A stretch of 63,991 nt of DNA, filler included, from Blastocystis sp. subtype 4 (GCF_000743755.1; 23 parts of 23 records of this genome joined end to end with filler, not necessarily neighbours in it); one strand, 5' to 3'. Shown: positions 24,591 through 37,379, numbered from the whole stretch's first letter. Notes: generated by a model not told the origin, from the letters alone. Numbers and translations: made by a program.

Positions 24591-26536
24591 ATGAATCGTT
24601 GTCTGTTATTATTCGCAATTGGTATATGCACTTTATCAAGATCATTCATAGTTGCATTCGCTTCTGGTACTGATTGCTCTTCAACAGAAGTATATGCCAA
24701 GATAACCAAGAAGACTACATTATTTGCAATCGAAGAATCCTTTAATATCTTTGCAGGTTCTACACTCGTCTACTCTTCTCCATCTCTAACCAACAGTGAT
24801 GAAAGAGTTCTTGATGTTTGTTTACCGGTCTCTTCAAACAGTCAATATACACTGGAAATGGTAGATGACTATGGAGACTCTTGGGCTGATGGTGCCTGGA
24901 TCAAGGTGGAGGGTATTAATGGAAATGTGGTGTACAAGGGAATGATGACCGAAGGAAGTACTCAAACAGAGCCTTTGTCTTTGTATTCTCCTATCAACAA
25001 GAATGAGTCATGGAAATACACTGCCAATGCTCCTGGAGACTGGAAAGCGTTGACTTGCGATGAATCTCCTTGGAGTAATTATATGCCAGGTGGTGAACAA
25101 GTATCTGGTCAGGGAGTTCAATACTTCCGTAGACTGTTTACTGGAATTGACAATATGGCTGCTTTTGAAATGCAACTGTACTATAGACATGGAATTGTTG
25201 CATACATTAATGGTGCTGAAGTGTATCGAGATAACATGGCTGATGGTGAACCAACGAGTAGTACTCCAGCGACAGGAAGCTACACAACCTATGGCTTTCA
25301 TGGAGTGATTAGACCTGCAAATGAAGTGACTGTGTCGAATGTTTTGGCTATTGAAGTCCACCCTATGGATTTATCGACCTCTGTAATCCTTCAATTTAAT
25401 GGATATTTGTCACTCCTAGCTGGTATGAGTTCAACCAACAATTGCTTTGTCGTTCCTAATGAAGTTTCTGTTTCTACAGTTGGATTCTCCAGTCCAAACG
25501 ATGCCATATCGTATACAAAAAGCTCTGGAGCCTATCTCGCTAGTTTTCCTGGCTCACTCACATTTGAGTTCTCTGGATCAACTCTTCCTCAAATCAACTC
25601 ATATCGTTTGTGGCCTTATACAATAACTACTAGTAGCCCCACCAGTCTCTCAATAGAAGGAGCAATGTCAACAACATCACAATGGCGTTCAATTTTGGCG
25701 GTAGAAGGACATATATACGAACCAGGTGCATGGGCTCAATGGGACTTAGTGGGTACACTGCCCAAGTATCCTATGATGAGATTCAATGTCTTAGCCTCTC
25801 AGACATCGTATGCTTATGTGTATGAACTGCAGTTCCTTGTTTGTAATCGTTCTCCTCCCACCAGTATATCCTATCCTCAAAGCCAATATGTCTTCTATCA
25901 GTATTATGACTCCGTCATGATTGCACCTACTATGCATGGTTACAGCGGCTGTACTGTGTCACCTGCCCTTCCTAATGGAGTGAGTATTGATCCGGATACT
26001 TGCATTATATCTGGAATGTCGTCTGAGGCTTCATCTGCGTCTTATCAGATTACATCGACAATGGGAACAACTCAACTTCAAACAACAATTAGTCTAACAT
26101 TTAATGGATGCGCCGGAGCATTCTATAAGATTGTTCGAACTTACAATTACAATCCTCAGAATGAGTATTTCAGAATTCGTGATTCATCCAACGATGATAT
26201 TGTTTATGAGGTTGAAGCAGGTCATTCTCATCCTTCCAGTGAGACTTGGACTCATTATCTCTGTATTACTGTAGATCAATTTGATGTCACTTTTGATACC
26301 ACATCAACGGTGTGGTCTGTTAATTCGTATTTCTATATGTATTCTCTGCTTCCTGAAGGTGAGCAAGAGATGGTTGTGAAAGGGCGATATGATGGTAATC
26401 AAGGCAATGTTCATACTCATTATGTTCGTCGTCCTGTTATCAATCATTCAGAAGAATGGTATTATAAGATGGGTGAAGTGCCTACCAATTGGTTTGGTGA
26501 TGATACATCAGGTTGGTCTCAGGCTGCTAGAGGATC
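24591..26536 (+). CDS. Large secreted/surface protein (DxxGDxW motif, jelly-roll-like domain, Ig-like repeat), 5' part
   Basis: Signal peptide, DDYGDSWADGAW, YFRR.F..YRHGIVAYINGAEVYRDNM and PALPNGVSIDPDTCIISG. Confidence 0.82.
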
Positions 26537-26635
26537 NNNNNNNNNNNNNNNNNNNNNNNNNNNNNNNNNNNNNNNNNNNNTTAATTAATTAANNNNNNNN
26601 NNNNNNNNNNNNNNNNNNNNNNNNNNNNNNNNNNN

Positions 26636-29212
26636 NTAGTCTATCAATCACTGATCATGATGCTAGTGTATTCTCGAAGTTCCATGTGATTCTGTCAACA
26701 GCTGGAATTGAGGAGGGCAGTAATGTATTCAGTTTGGAGATTCATGGTGGTTTGAGTGATTCTTCTTCTGATCCTGTTGTGTTTGATGGTACTGGAGTAT
26801 TTGGAGTTGAAGATTGTTGTACTGTTGTTGATTCTTATTCTTCTATCACCTCTACTGAACTGGTAGGTACTGTTGCTGGAATCATGGATCTTGATCCTTA
26901 CACTTATGGTGAACTGCTCAATAAAATTGGAACCTATATCGAATGGATTGTTGAGAATCTTGTTGGAAGCAAATGGAACTCATTCAATATCATGGGATCA
27001 TCTACAGTTTCTTCTTGGGGATTTGATATCAATGCAATCCACTATATTGATGATACTGTCGTTGAACCAGTTACGATTCTGAATGCAATGAATCAGAGAG
27101 TAGTTTCTCGAACGAAACCTCAGATCTCTGTTCCTGTGGCTCTGGCTGGATTCCGTAGATATCGATGGCAAATCACTAAAGCCAGTTCAACTACAACAAC
27201 TCTTGGTTCTATTCATATGGCTTATTGTAAGGCTTCAGGATCTGTTTGTCCTGGAATTGATAACTATCCTTCAGTTGGTGAAGGTCAAATCTCTCCTTCT
27301 TCTTGTCCTGATGGTTACAATGGTTATTCATATCGTGAATGTTCTGGAGGTGTGTTGGGTGAAGTGAAGATGGATCATTGTATTTTCCTTACTCGAATCT
27401 ACCTTCCTTCGTCTTTCTATTCCTTTGTCATTCATCAATACATTTCCTTCACTATTGATATGAACAATGTCACAAATTGTATCATCACTCCTTCTCTTCC
27501 TCAAGGACTCATTCTTGATCTTTCTTCTTGTACTGTCTCTGGTACTTTTACTTCCTCTTCTTTCTCTTCTTACAATGTTACTGCCATTTCTGATTCTACT
27601 ATTCTTATTCATACTGTTTCTATCGAGATCCTTTCTTCTCTCATTTCCTATCCTCAAACCAATCTCATCATTGGTCAAGGATTATCCTTCTGTATCACTC
27701 CCACTCTCACCAAAGTCTCAACTATCTCCATTGTCTCAGGATCACTTCCTATTGGTCTATCTCTCAATCCATCAACTGGAGTCATCTCTGGAATTCCTTC
27801 TGAATCAATCTCTTCTCAATCAGTTACAATCGAAGCAGTGAATGGAACAGCAATTGGAACTGTTGTTCTTTCATTCACTGTTCTTACTCTTATTACTTCA
27901 TTCTCTTATCCTCAATCAATCTTTACTCTAACAAAGAATGAAGCATTCTCAATCACTCCTTCTGTTGATGGAGAGCAAGTATTATTCTCCATTTCATCGG
28001 GTTCATTACCCACAGGCTTATCACTACATCCATATAATGGAATAATCTCTGGAATTCCTCAATCATATATATCATCTCAATCAGTAGTGATCAAAGCTTT
28101 CAATAAAGTGAGTAATCAAACTATTAATATGTCATTTACTGTTCTCACTCCAATCACTTCATTCTCCTATCCTCAATCAACCTGTGCTCTTCCAATAGAC
28201 GAATCATTCACAATCGCTCCAATGGTTAATGGGGATGCTGTATCCTTCTCCATCACTTCTGGATCTCTTCCTATTGGTCTATCCATTAATCAAATGAATG
28301 GTCGAATATCAGGTATTCCTTTACAATCTGATATATCATCTCAATCAGTTACTATCAAAGCATTCAATAGTATAAGTAACAAAACAGCTGTTATATCATT
28401 TATTGTTTCCACTACTATTACTGTCTTCTATTATCCTCAGATTTCTTATTACCTATTAAAGAACGAACCATTCTCGATTACACCTACTATTAATGTTGAT
28501 GATTCTTCATTCACTATTGTTTCTGGATCTCTTCCTAATGGTCTATCAATCAGTCTTCCTACTGGTGTAATCTCTGGAATTCCTTCTCAACTCGTAACAT
28601 CTCAATCAGTCACTATCAGAGCATCCAATCCAGTGAGTAATCGAGTTATCACTCTATCATTCAATGTTCAAATCATTCCTTCATCATTCCATTATCCTCA
28701 AACTCTCTTCATCATTCCCAAACTATCCTATTTCATCACCACTCCCACCTGTCAAGGAAACAGTCTTACCTATTCTATCATTGAAGGATCTCTTCCAACT
28801 GGTCTCTATATCTATGCATCAACAGGAATGATACATGGAACTCCTCTATCTTCCATTCCTCTCACAAACATCACCATTCAAGCATCCAATAAAGTCGGAT
28901 CAACTCAATTCACAATCTCCATTCTAGTCATTATTCCTCTATCCAATCTTCATTATTCTCAATTCTCATTCACTCTTATCAAAGGACAATCATACTCAAT
29001 CTCTCCAATCATTTCAGGAGACAATCCTCTATTCACAATCACTTCAGGAACTCTTCCTCCTGGTCTATCTCTCAATCAATCAACTGGAATCATATCAACT
29101 GGAATCATTTCTTGTATTCCTTCATCTACATTCCCATCTACATCTATCACTATTCAGGCTTCCAATCAACTCGGATTCATTCAAACTCAACTATCCTTTA
29201 CTGTCAATGCTC
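26636..29212 (+). CDS. Surface protein with ~7 tandem Ig-like (He_PIG-type) repeats, internal fragment
   Basis: Repeated SYPQ..SITP..GSLPxGLS..TGxISGIP..IxAxN units of about 87 aa. Confidence 0.85.
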
Positions 29213-29312
29213 NNNNNNNNNNNNNNNNNNNNNNNNNNNNNNNNNNNNNNNNNNNNTTAATTAATTAANNNNNNNNNNNNNNNNNNNNNNNNNNNNNNNN
29301 NNNNNNNNNNNN

Positions 29313-30868
29313 CTTCTTCAATCACAACATATATCCGAAAGAGTTTCACAATGAGTGGATTGAATGATTATGAAGTGTTGAATGTTCGAGTGAAGTATTC
29401 TGGAGGAGTGGTTGCCTATCTGAATGGAAATGTGGTTGCTCGATTCAATCTTGAAGAAGGCTTTGATTCAACAACTCTATCAATCACTGATCATGATGCT
29501 AATGTGTTCTCGAAGTTCCATGTGATTCTGTCAACATCTGGAATTCAAGAGGGTAGTAATGTATTCAGTTTCGAGATTCATCGTGGTTTGAGTGGTTCTT
29601 CTTCTGATGCTGTTGTGTTTGATGCTACTGGAGTATTTGGAGTTGAAGACTGTTCTACTGTTGTTGATTCTTATTCTTCACTGGAATCTACTACTCCCAC
29701 TTCAGGTACTCTTGCTGGAATCATGGATCTTGATCCTAGTACCACTGGATTTCTTCCTAATACGATTGGAACCTATATTGAATGGACTGTTGAGAATCTG
29801 GTTGGAAGCAAATGGAATTCATTTAACATGATTGGATCAACTACTGTTGATGGGTTGAGTTTTGATATCGTTGCCAACAACAATTCTGGTGATATTCAGG
29901 AGGAATCAGTGACAGTTCTTAGTGCTGTGGATCAAACTGTGACTTCTCGTACGAAACCTCAGATCTCTGTTCCTGTGGCTCTGGCTGGATTCCGTAGATA
30001 TCGATGGGAAATGACTGATACTGGTTCAACTACAACAACTCTGGGATCGATTCACATGGCCTACTGCAAGGCTTCAGGATCTATGTGTCCTGGAATTGGC
30101 AACTATCCTTCAGTGGGTGAAGGTCAAATCTCTCCTTCTTCTTGTCCTGAGGGTTACAGTGGATATTCATATCGTGAATGTTCTGGAGGTGTGTTGGGTG
30201 AAGTGAAGATGGATCATTGTATGATGAAGCCCCCAATGAATCCTCGTTACGCACAATCTCGTAATGTGTTTGTGATGGGAACAGCTGTAACCACTGGTGT
30301 TGCTTTTGTGAGAAACATAGTTGAGCGTTGGTATATTGATCAGGGAGTGACTCTTCCTGGTGGATTGAGTCTGAATGAGAAAACTGGAGAGATTTCGGGC
30401 ATTCCAACTGATACAATGGACTTGACACTGTATACTATATATGCCGAAAACAAGTCAGGAGCGACACAAACCACGTTAGCAATTCAGGTACGAAAGGGAC
30501 AGTGTATGGCTGAGGGAGTATTCCCTCTAACGTATGTTGGCGAAACGGCTGTATCTGAGTGTTCGAGTCAGGGAAACTATGTGGGAACTCAGAAGCGTAC
30601 TTGTATGTTAGGAGATATTGATGGAGAGTGGCAGAAAGCTACTGGGTTCTGTGTATCTATTCCTGTCTTGGTTGTGATTGTCTTGGTTGTTGTTTTGATT
30701 GTTGCTGTTGTTGTATTCTTGCTGATGAGAACTGGAAAGAAAGCGAAGGCAGTAGGTGGCACGAAGGGAGGAAAGAAATCTATGAAGTCTACAGCATCTT
30801 CTTCAAGGAAGTCTGTGAAAACTACAGCATCAGCTTCCAATAAGTCAACAAAGAAAATCACTGTATAG
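29313..30868 (+). CDS. Surface protein 3' part: Cys-rich module, one Ig-like repeat, TM, basic tail
   Basis: LPGGLSLNEKTGEISGIP, C..EGVFP..C..GTQKRTC..GEW..C, TM IPVLVVIVLVVVLIVAVVVFLL, Lys-rich tail. TGTTTGTT downstream. Confidence 0.85.
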
Positions 30869-31019
30869 TTATGGTATTGATGTGTGTTTGTTGTTAAGCG
30901 GATCCTAGTTGTATGCAATTGCTTTATAAACCATATTGTGTAACCAAGTATTAACATACATTCATTGATCCTCCTATGGATTATTGGATTCTTCATTGAT
31001 TTGACACCAGATAAATAGG

Positions 31020-31350
31020 AGATATAACCATTCCATTTCTACTGTCGATCACATTCACTTTTTCAACAGTGTTCTAGTACCTGACTTGAAGACCGTCAAT
31101 GATCACTGAGGTAATCAGATTGTTGTTATGATCTACTATCTTATGACCAGATGTTTGTACAATCAACACTAATCTTGAATCACTTGTCTGTTTCGGTGAT
31201 ATCAATGATGTTTGTTCCTAACTACTCTTCAGTTTGGCTAGAAAAACCAAATTGATCTTCCTTTTCTCGTCGTTTCCCTGTACAGTTACCCAGGGTTGGA
31301 GGCCTATGTTGGCGACGTTTGTATGATTCATTTTGCATGACATACATAAA
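31020..31350 (-). mobile_element. Polinton-like remnant: one TIR plus decayed penton-like middle segment
   Basis: GTTTCCCTGTACAGTTACCCAGGGTTGGAGGCCTATGTTGGCGACGTTTGT..CATGACATACAT matches the right TIR at ~20980-21062. Minus-strand peptide with frameshifts: GTNIIDIT..VIQ..IVQTSGHKIVDHNNNLITSVIID. Confidence 0.55.
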
Positions 31351-31784
31351 TTACCTAATACATTACAGAAGTACGATCCCGCTGTTGATTATCAACTACG
31401 AATGAGAGCATAGAAGACAGAAAATGAGAATAGAATATACAAGATTGAGAGATATAGAATGCAGTCTGATCATCTGAAACAAAAGTAGTATTCTACCATT
31501 TTCCATATTCAGCTATCAACACACAATTACACCTCTCGGAACTATGCAACTATGATGAATAGAAACACAAACTAAGTAGAAATAACGAAATGATAACAAA
31601 TTGATGATATAGAGGATGAGAAAGCAAAATATCACGATGAATGATGAGATATGATTAGAATTGATATGATATGAGAATAGAGATGATTCCCGCGGTATGA
31701 ATAAGTTGAATGGAATAAGCCAATAAGTAATAATAACATAGAAAGAATGTTTGATAATAAGAGAATGAAAGTAGATAATGTTGA

Positions 31785-31887
31785 ATCAATATCAAAGAAG
31801 ATGAATGAAGTAGAATGGAGAATGAAGTGGAAAGAGTACTTGAAAGAGAGTGTATTGAATGATAATAAGAATTGTATGTTGAATTTG
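31785..31887 (+). repeat. AT/purine-rich dispersed repeat, near-identical to 63893-63991
   Basis: ATCAAAGAAGATGAATG(A/G)AGTAGAATGGAGAATGAAGTGGAAAGAGTACTTGAAAGAGAGTG.. occurs at both places. Confidence 0.85.
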
Positions 31888-32379
31888 NNNNNNNNNNNNN
31901 NNNNNNNNNNNNNNNNNNNNNNNNNNNNNNNTTAATTAATTAANNNNNNNNNNNNNNNNNNNNNNNNNNNNNNNNNNNNNNNNNNNNGATTGAAATGAAT
32001 GAAATGGGCTAATGTGGAATGGCGTAATTGGGGATCCGAATTGTCGTAAGAATGAAATGAATGTCGTTGCGCTGTAATGTAATTGTATGAGTAACACAGA
32101 ATTGATAGTGTTTGATTGTGATATTGGATTGATGAAAGGATAATGGATAATATGAGTGAATGATTGAAAGAATGTGATAACTGATATGTTTGTTGTAGTT
32201 ATGATTGTTTGAAAGGAGTGTGTTTGATATGGATTAGTATTTGTTGATTAGTATTAGGCATGAATTGATTTCCGATTAGTGAAGAAAGGAGATGGAATTG
32301 TGAATGGGTAGTGTGATTCATGATAAGTATAACAGTTAATACTATTATGAATTTGTTATAGTGATATAGGTATTATTAG

Positions 32380-34561
32380 ATGAAAGAAATGAATAATCTG
32401 AGAGTTGTTGGTGAAAATGAAAAGGCTGATGGAGCAAACATCGAATTGAGTTCAATAGTGTGTAACAAGAGATTCTTTGACGAATATGAATTGGAGTCTG
32501 TTGAGATGGATAATGGATCAGGAGAGGAGTATGTGAAAGGAATAGAACACTACTGGAAAGATGGAAAGAAGTATAGTGTTGAAGCAAGGTATAAGAATGG
32601 TAAGAAAGAAGGAGAAGCAATTCTGTTTGATATTAACCATGTTGCAATAGCGAATCTAGTGTTTGTAGATGATGAACTGAATGGTGAATGTGTAATTCGG
32701 AATGATGAGTATGTTGTTGTATTCCGTGGTGGATATGTGAATGGTAGGAAAGAAGGAGAGTGTTATGAATATGATGAGTCAGGGAATGAGATATTCCATG
32801 ATGTTTATCGAAATGGAATAAGATACAAACTGTTAGAAGAATTGAAGAATCGTAAATCATTCTATTGTGAGTATTCAAGAAGTGATTTGAGTATCATTTC
32901 AATATCCCAGTATTGTTCAGATCTAAGTAAGAAGAATGGAATCTGTTATGTTTTCAAGAATGGAGTTGTTGAACGAGAGTGTATAATGAAGAATGGAGTT
33001 GAAGAAAGAGTGAATCGATTGTTTGAAGGAAGTATAATGAAAGAAATGGATGAAGAAGGAAGAATTATGTATGAAGGAGGTTTTGGTGGTGATTGTATTT
33101 CGGGGTTTATTCGTTGTGGTAATGGAAGAGAGATTGATAGAACGGGTAAAGTGTTGTATGAAGGAGAATGGAGGGAGAATAAGCGTTATGTGATTGTGAA
33201 GAGAGAAGGAAGAATGAGAGGAAGAGATATGTATCGAGAAGAGTGTATGGATGGTAGATTGTTGAGTATTGGTGAATTGAATAGTGATAAAGAGAAGAAT
33301 GGAGTATGTTATGAGTTTGAAGAAGGAAGAGTAGTGAGAGAAAGTGAATATGAGAAGGGAATAATGAAACGAGTATTGAGAGAGTTGAAAGGAGATGTGA
33401 TGATAGAATATGATTGTGATGGACACAAAGTATATGAAGGAGGATATAGTGGTGACTATTGCAGTGGATATATGAGAAATGGAGAAGGGAAGGATTATGA
33501 TGGTGATGGTAAAGTAGTGTATGAAGATGGATATGTGAAAGGAAAGAAACGAATAGTGAAGGAGAAAGTAACAAGCGGTCGATTGAAGGGATATTATAGG
33601 GAAGTTAGTTATGATGGAATGATATTGAGTATTTGTGAATGCAATTCTGTTCCACTGAAGAAGAATGGAGTGTGTTTTGAGTTTGAGAAGAATGTATTGG
33701 TGAGAGAGTGCATATGTAAGGATAATGTGATGGAAAGAATGATTCGAGAATTCAAGGATAAGACAATGATGGAATATGACAGTAATGGTAATAAGATATA
33801 TGAAGGAGAATATGGTGGAAGTTATGAAAGAGGTTTCATTCGAGAAGGAGAAGGAAAGGAGTTTGATGTGAATGGATTAGTGGTGTATGAAGGAGCATTT
33901 GAGAAGGGAAGGAGATTTGTACCAATCAAACGAATTAGGAAAGGGATAATGAAAGGATTCTTCCAGGAGACAACATATAGTGGAGATGTAATAAGTATAG
34001 GTAGATATAAGAAAGGAGAGAAGAATGGAATGTGTTATGAGTTTGAAGAAGGAAGAGTAGTGAGAGAACGAGTATTGAGAGAGTTGAAAGGAGATATGAT
34101 GATAGAATATGATTGTGATGGACACAAAGTGTATGAAGGAGGATACAAAGGTGATTATGAACGTGGATATATGAGAAATGGAGAAGGGAAGGAATATGAT
34201 GGTAGTGGAAGTGATATGGTGTATAGTGGTGAATTTGTAAATGGATACTATCATGGAAATGGAGTATCTATCAAGAATGGTTTTGTATGTTACAAGGGAG
34301 AATGGAAGTATGGATATCCAAATGGAAATGGTGTATTGATGAATTCGAAAGGAGTTGAAACTCATAAAGGTGAATGGAAGAATGGATACTTGAAAGATGG
34401 AAAGATAGTGATTGACTTCGAGAGTGGAAAGAAGAAGAAGGGTATTAAGAGAATGTATAAAGGTCAAGCAAGAAAGGATTGGTGGAAGAGTAAACCAAAG
34501 TGTTTACGATTCATGGGTGGTTTGTTGTGTTGGATGACAATGATTGTGATTCTATCACTCC
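32380..34561 (+). CDS. Long MORN-repeat membrane protein (MORN/TM/LRR family), 3' truncated
   Basis: Repeated ~110-aa super-units (KNG.CYEFE.G.V.RE..; YEG.Y.G.Y..G..R.GEGKE), ending in a TM segment. Confidence 0.85.
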
Positions 34562-34661
34562 NNNNNNNNNNNNNNNNNNNNNNNNNNNNNNNNNNNNNNN
34601 NNNNNTTAATTAATTAANNNNNNNNNNNNNNNNNNNNNNNNNNNNNNNNNNNNNNNNNNNN

Positions 34662-34747
34662 GTCTGTCTTCCTTCCATAACATGTGGATTGCTAAGAGTG
34701 AATATGATGAGGCTGGTCCAAGCATTGTCCACAGAAAGTGCTTCTAA
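34662..34747 (+). CDS. ACT: Actin, C-terminal fragment
   Basis: SLSSFHNMWIAKSEYDEAGPSIVHRKCF*. Confidence 0.95.
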
Positions 34748-34814
34748 AGTGTTTATTAGTCGCTATCTGATTGTTGTAAACAGTTTCCTATTCTTGTTTT
34801 CTTACAAACACATA

Positions 34815-35668
34815 ACAGTTTTCGGATGATAGATTCTAACTCTGCTTGCAGTGATCGTGTCTTGGTCTCATCTACTGCCTTTAGGAGATATGATGTTAGC
34901 TTGTTTTCACTTTCAGGTAATGTAATTAAAAAGAAACCATTTTCCGTTTCCTTTATAGGTGTTGAAGCGTATAATAGGGAATTGAACACAAGAACGGTAC
35001 CTGTACCCCCTTCTTCACCCTCTCGCCTCAAGATGATCTGGTATTTGGTTGTTGATCCATCCTAAAATGAAGGAAAGTACACATGGGATAACATATATGG
35101 ATATCTCAAACTGGACAACCTTTAACAAGCCCTTTCCTCGTGCTTTATATTCCTTTTCCACAAGTTCATAGGCTCTCACACGCACCTATTCATAATCTAT
35201 CATATTCCGATAATACACACAAGACGACATTTTCGGAGTCATCTAAAGATTTTGGAGATTTTTCATTGGACTCTTCGGATGGTTTCGCTAGGGAGACAAT
35301 GGGTTTTACCTCTGTCGTTGCTTTTTCCAGAAAACTATTATGTCCGGTCCCCCACTTCAGCGCTGACTTAAATTCGGTTGTTGGTTTAGGTATCTCCGAA
35401 GATTGTTTCTAAATGTAATTAATTTATCTACCACGGTACGGCCAATCCAAATAGACTCCCACCCCCTTCATTATTCTTTCCCAAATCAATAGATCCCAGT
35501 GTTTTGGTTCCCCATTTTAGTGTTTTTGTCCTTTTACTCTCTGACTCATTCTACGGTCATTTCAATCCAGTACTGCTCACTGTATCACTCCGAATGTCTT
35601 TTGAAGTCTCTGCTGTGGTCGTTGGAACATCTTCTTCCCGGATACGTTTCAGGTTTTCCTTTTCCATG
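34815..35668 (-). CDS. Ran-binding-domain protein (Nup50/RanBP3-like), introns and apparent homopolymer frameshifts
   Basis: MEKENLKRIREE.., KWG/FG-like motifs, then VRAYELVEKEYKARGKG..KYQIILRRE..VLVFNSLLY..SYLLK, which fits a RanBD pattern. Confidence 0.6.
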
Positions 35669-35759
35669 GATATAAGAATTGACATGCAGTATTGGGAGCC
35701 CAAAACACTCTGTCGCAATCCATTGACAGTCTCCCGATTTCTGGAATTCCATCAATAAG

Positions 35760-36330
35760 GATGATATTCTATTGCCATTGATAGTCTGGAAAAGATTGCA
35801 GAAAGCAAATGTGTGAAAATGAATTGTGACAAATTAAATGAGATCCATTTTGAATTCAGTTCATTCCAGTGGTGTGAATTGAAGAATCTCCCTTCTCTCA
35901 TATCCATTCAACTGATAGTTATGGATTTTATAGTGTCATTCAACAATATTTGTGAGTATGAATGATTGAATGAGATCTGAATCGATTTCAGTCTATCGAT
36001 CTAGAATTCTTGATTCTTGATGGTTCTAATTACACCGATGAATCGAATTTATTGATAATGAAGAGTATGAATGGTAAAGATGATTGATTGATCAGATCTC
36101 CCTTCTCTGACTCTCTTCAAAGTGGGTAGCATTTTTTTAGATAGGTAAAGTGAAATAGGAGAGTGATTATTGAATTTGAAATAGACATTCATCACTCACT
36201 GAAGATAGAATACAGTGAGACAACATATATTCAGTTAAGTGAAAATATAGAATAGTTCAAGTATGATTGGAGAAAATGATGATTTAGATGCTGTTCCCCT
36301 GGTCGATTCATTGGACAATAGTTGAAAGAT
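35760..36330 (+). pseudogene. LRR-like family C-terminal exons, decayed
   Basis: SKCVKMNCDKLNEIHF..ELKNLPSLISIQL, with stops and frameshifts. Confidence 0.6.
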
Positions 36331-36573
36331 ACAAACAGATGAGAGTTTCCATAAAGATAGAATCCCTCTAGGATTACAAATTGCTCAATACAATACACTA
36401 GATACTAATTGTATACTATATGCTGATACATTCGCTGTATGTATAATATTGATATCGGTTAATTACTCGCTCTCAATCATGGAACTGAGTAACACATATT
36501 ATTTCGTTCCACATTTTTCATTATCCAGTTCAACAAATAAATGAAGATCTTAGTTTGATTGAAAGAATAGAAA

Positions 36574-36676
36574 AAAGAACAGCATTGAGACTTCTCAGCG
36601 GGTCCCCCACACTGGTACTAACTCAACTCGTAATGACTTAGCTTCCTAGATCAGACGGGTTAGGGCGCTTTTTCTT
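36574..36676 (-). rRNA. 5S rRNA pseudogene with 16-nt 5' deletion
   Basis: Reverse complement is identical to 43971-44089 except that CGGTCATATCTAGTGG is missing. Retains the T-run terminator. Confidence 0.85.
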
Positions 36677-36807
36677 GTTTTGGTTTCTTTCACTAACCCT
36701 TTTCAACAACACATTCTTATCCTCACATCACTTTCTCTCACATCAATTTGTTATCATTTCATTAATTCTTATCCGTTTATTTCTTCATCACTAATTGTTT
36801 CATATGA

Positions 36808-37233
36808 TTGTTGTTGATTGTAGTATCAATCATCTCATTCTATTCTTCACATTCTGTTTCATTCTTCATTCTACTCTCATTTATAGTTATCCTTTCTTAC
36901 TCTATTCAATGTTCATCTAATCAAGATTATGTTAAGATCACTAAGTATACTGGCTATTATCCTAGTCGAGAGTCATTTGAGATTGTTTCTGGATCATCTA
37001 CTCTATTCACTTCTCCTTCATTTAGTAGTAGTAATCATCAGTATGTGTATGAAGTCTGTTTGAATGCTTCTTCTAATCACATATTCACTCTTGTTATGAA
37101 GGATTCATATGGTGATAGTTTTTGGTTTGGTGAGGCTTGGATTGAGATAGAAGGAATGAATGGAAACATTGTGTACAAGGGAATGATGACTGAAAGGAGT
37201 GTTCAAACAGAACAGTTCTCTTTGTATTCTCCT
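36808..37233 (+). CDS. Ig-repeat surface protein family, N-terminal fragment
   Basis: Hydrophobic leader, CSSNQDYVKITK, DSYGDSFW..WIEIEGMNGNIVYKGMMTE. Confidence 0.75.
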
Positions 37234-37379
37234 NNNNNNNNNNNNNNNNNNNNNNNNNNNNNNNNNNNNNNNNNNNNTTAATTAATTAANNNNNNNNNNN
37301 NNNNNNNNNNNNNNNNNNNNNNNNNNNNNNNNNAACAAACATCAAAGAATCGTATTGTACACATATAAAGACATCAACT

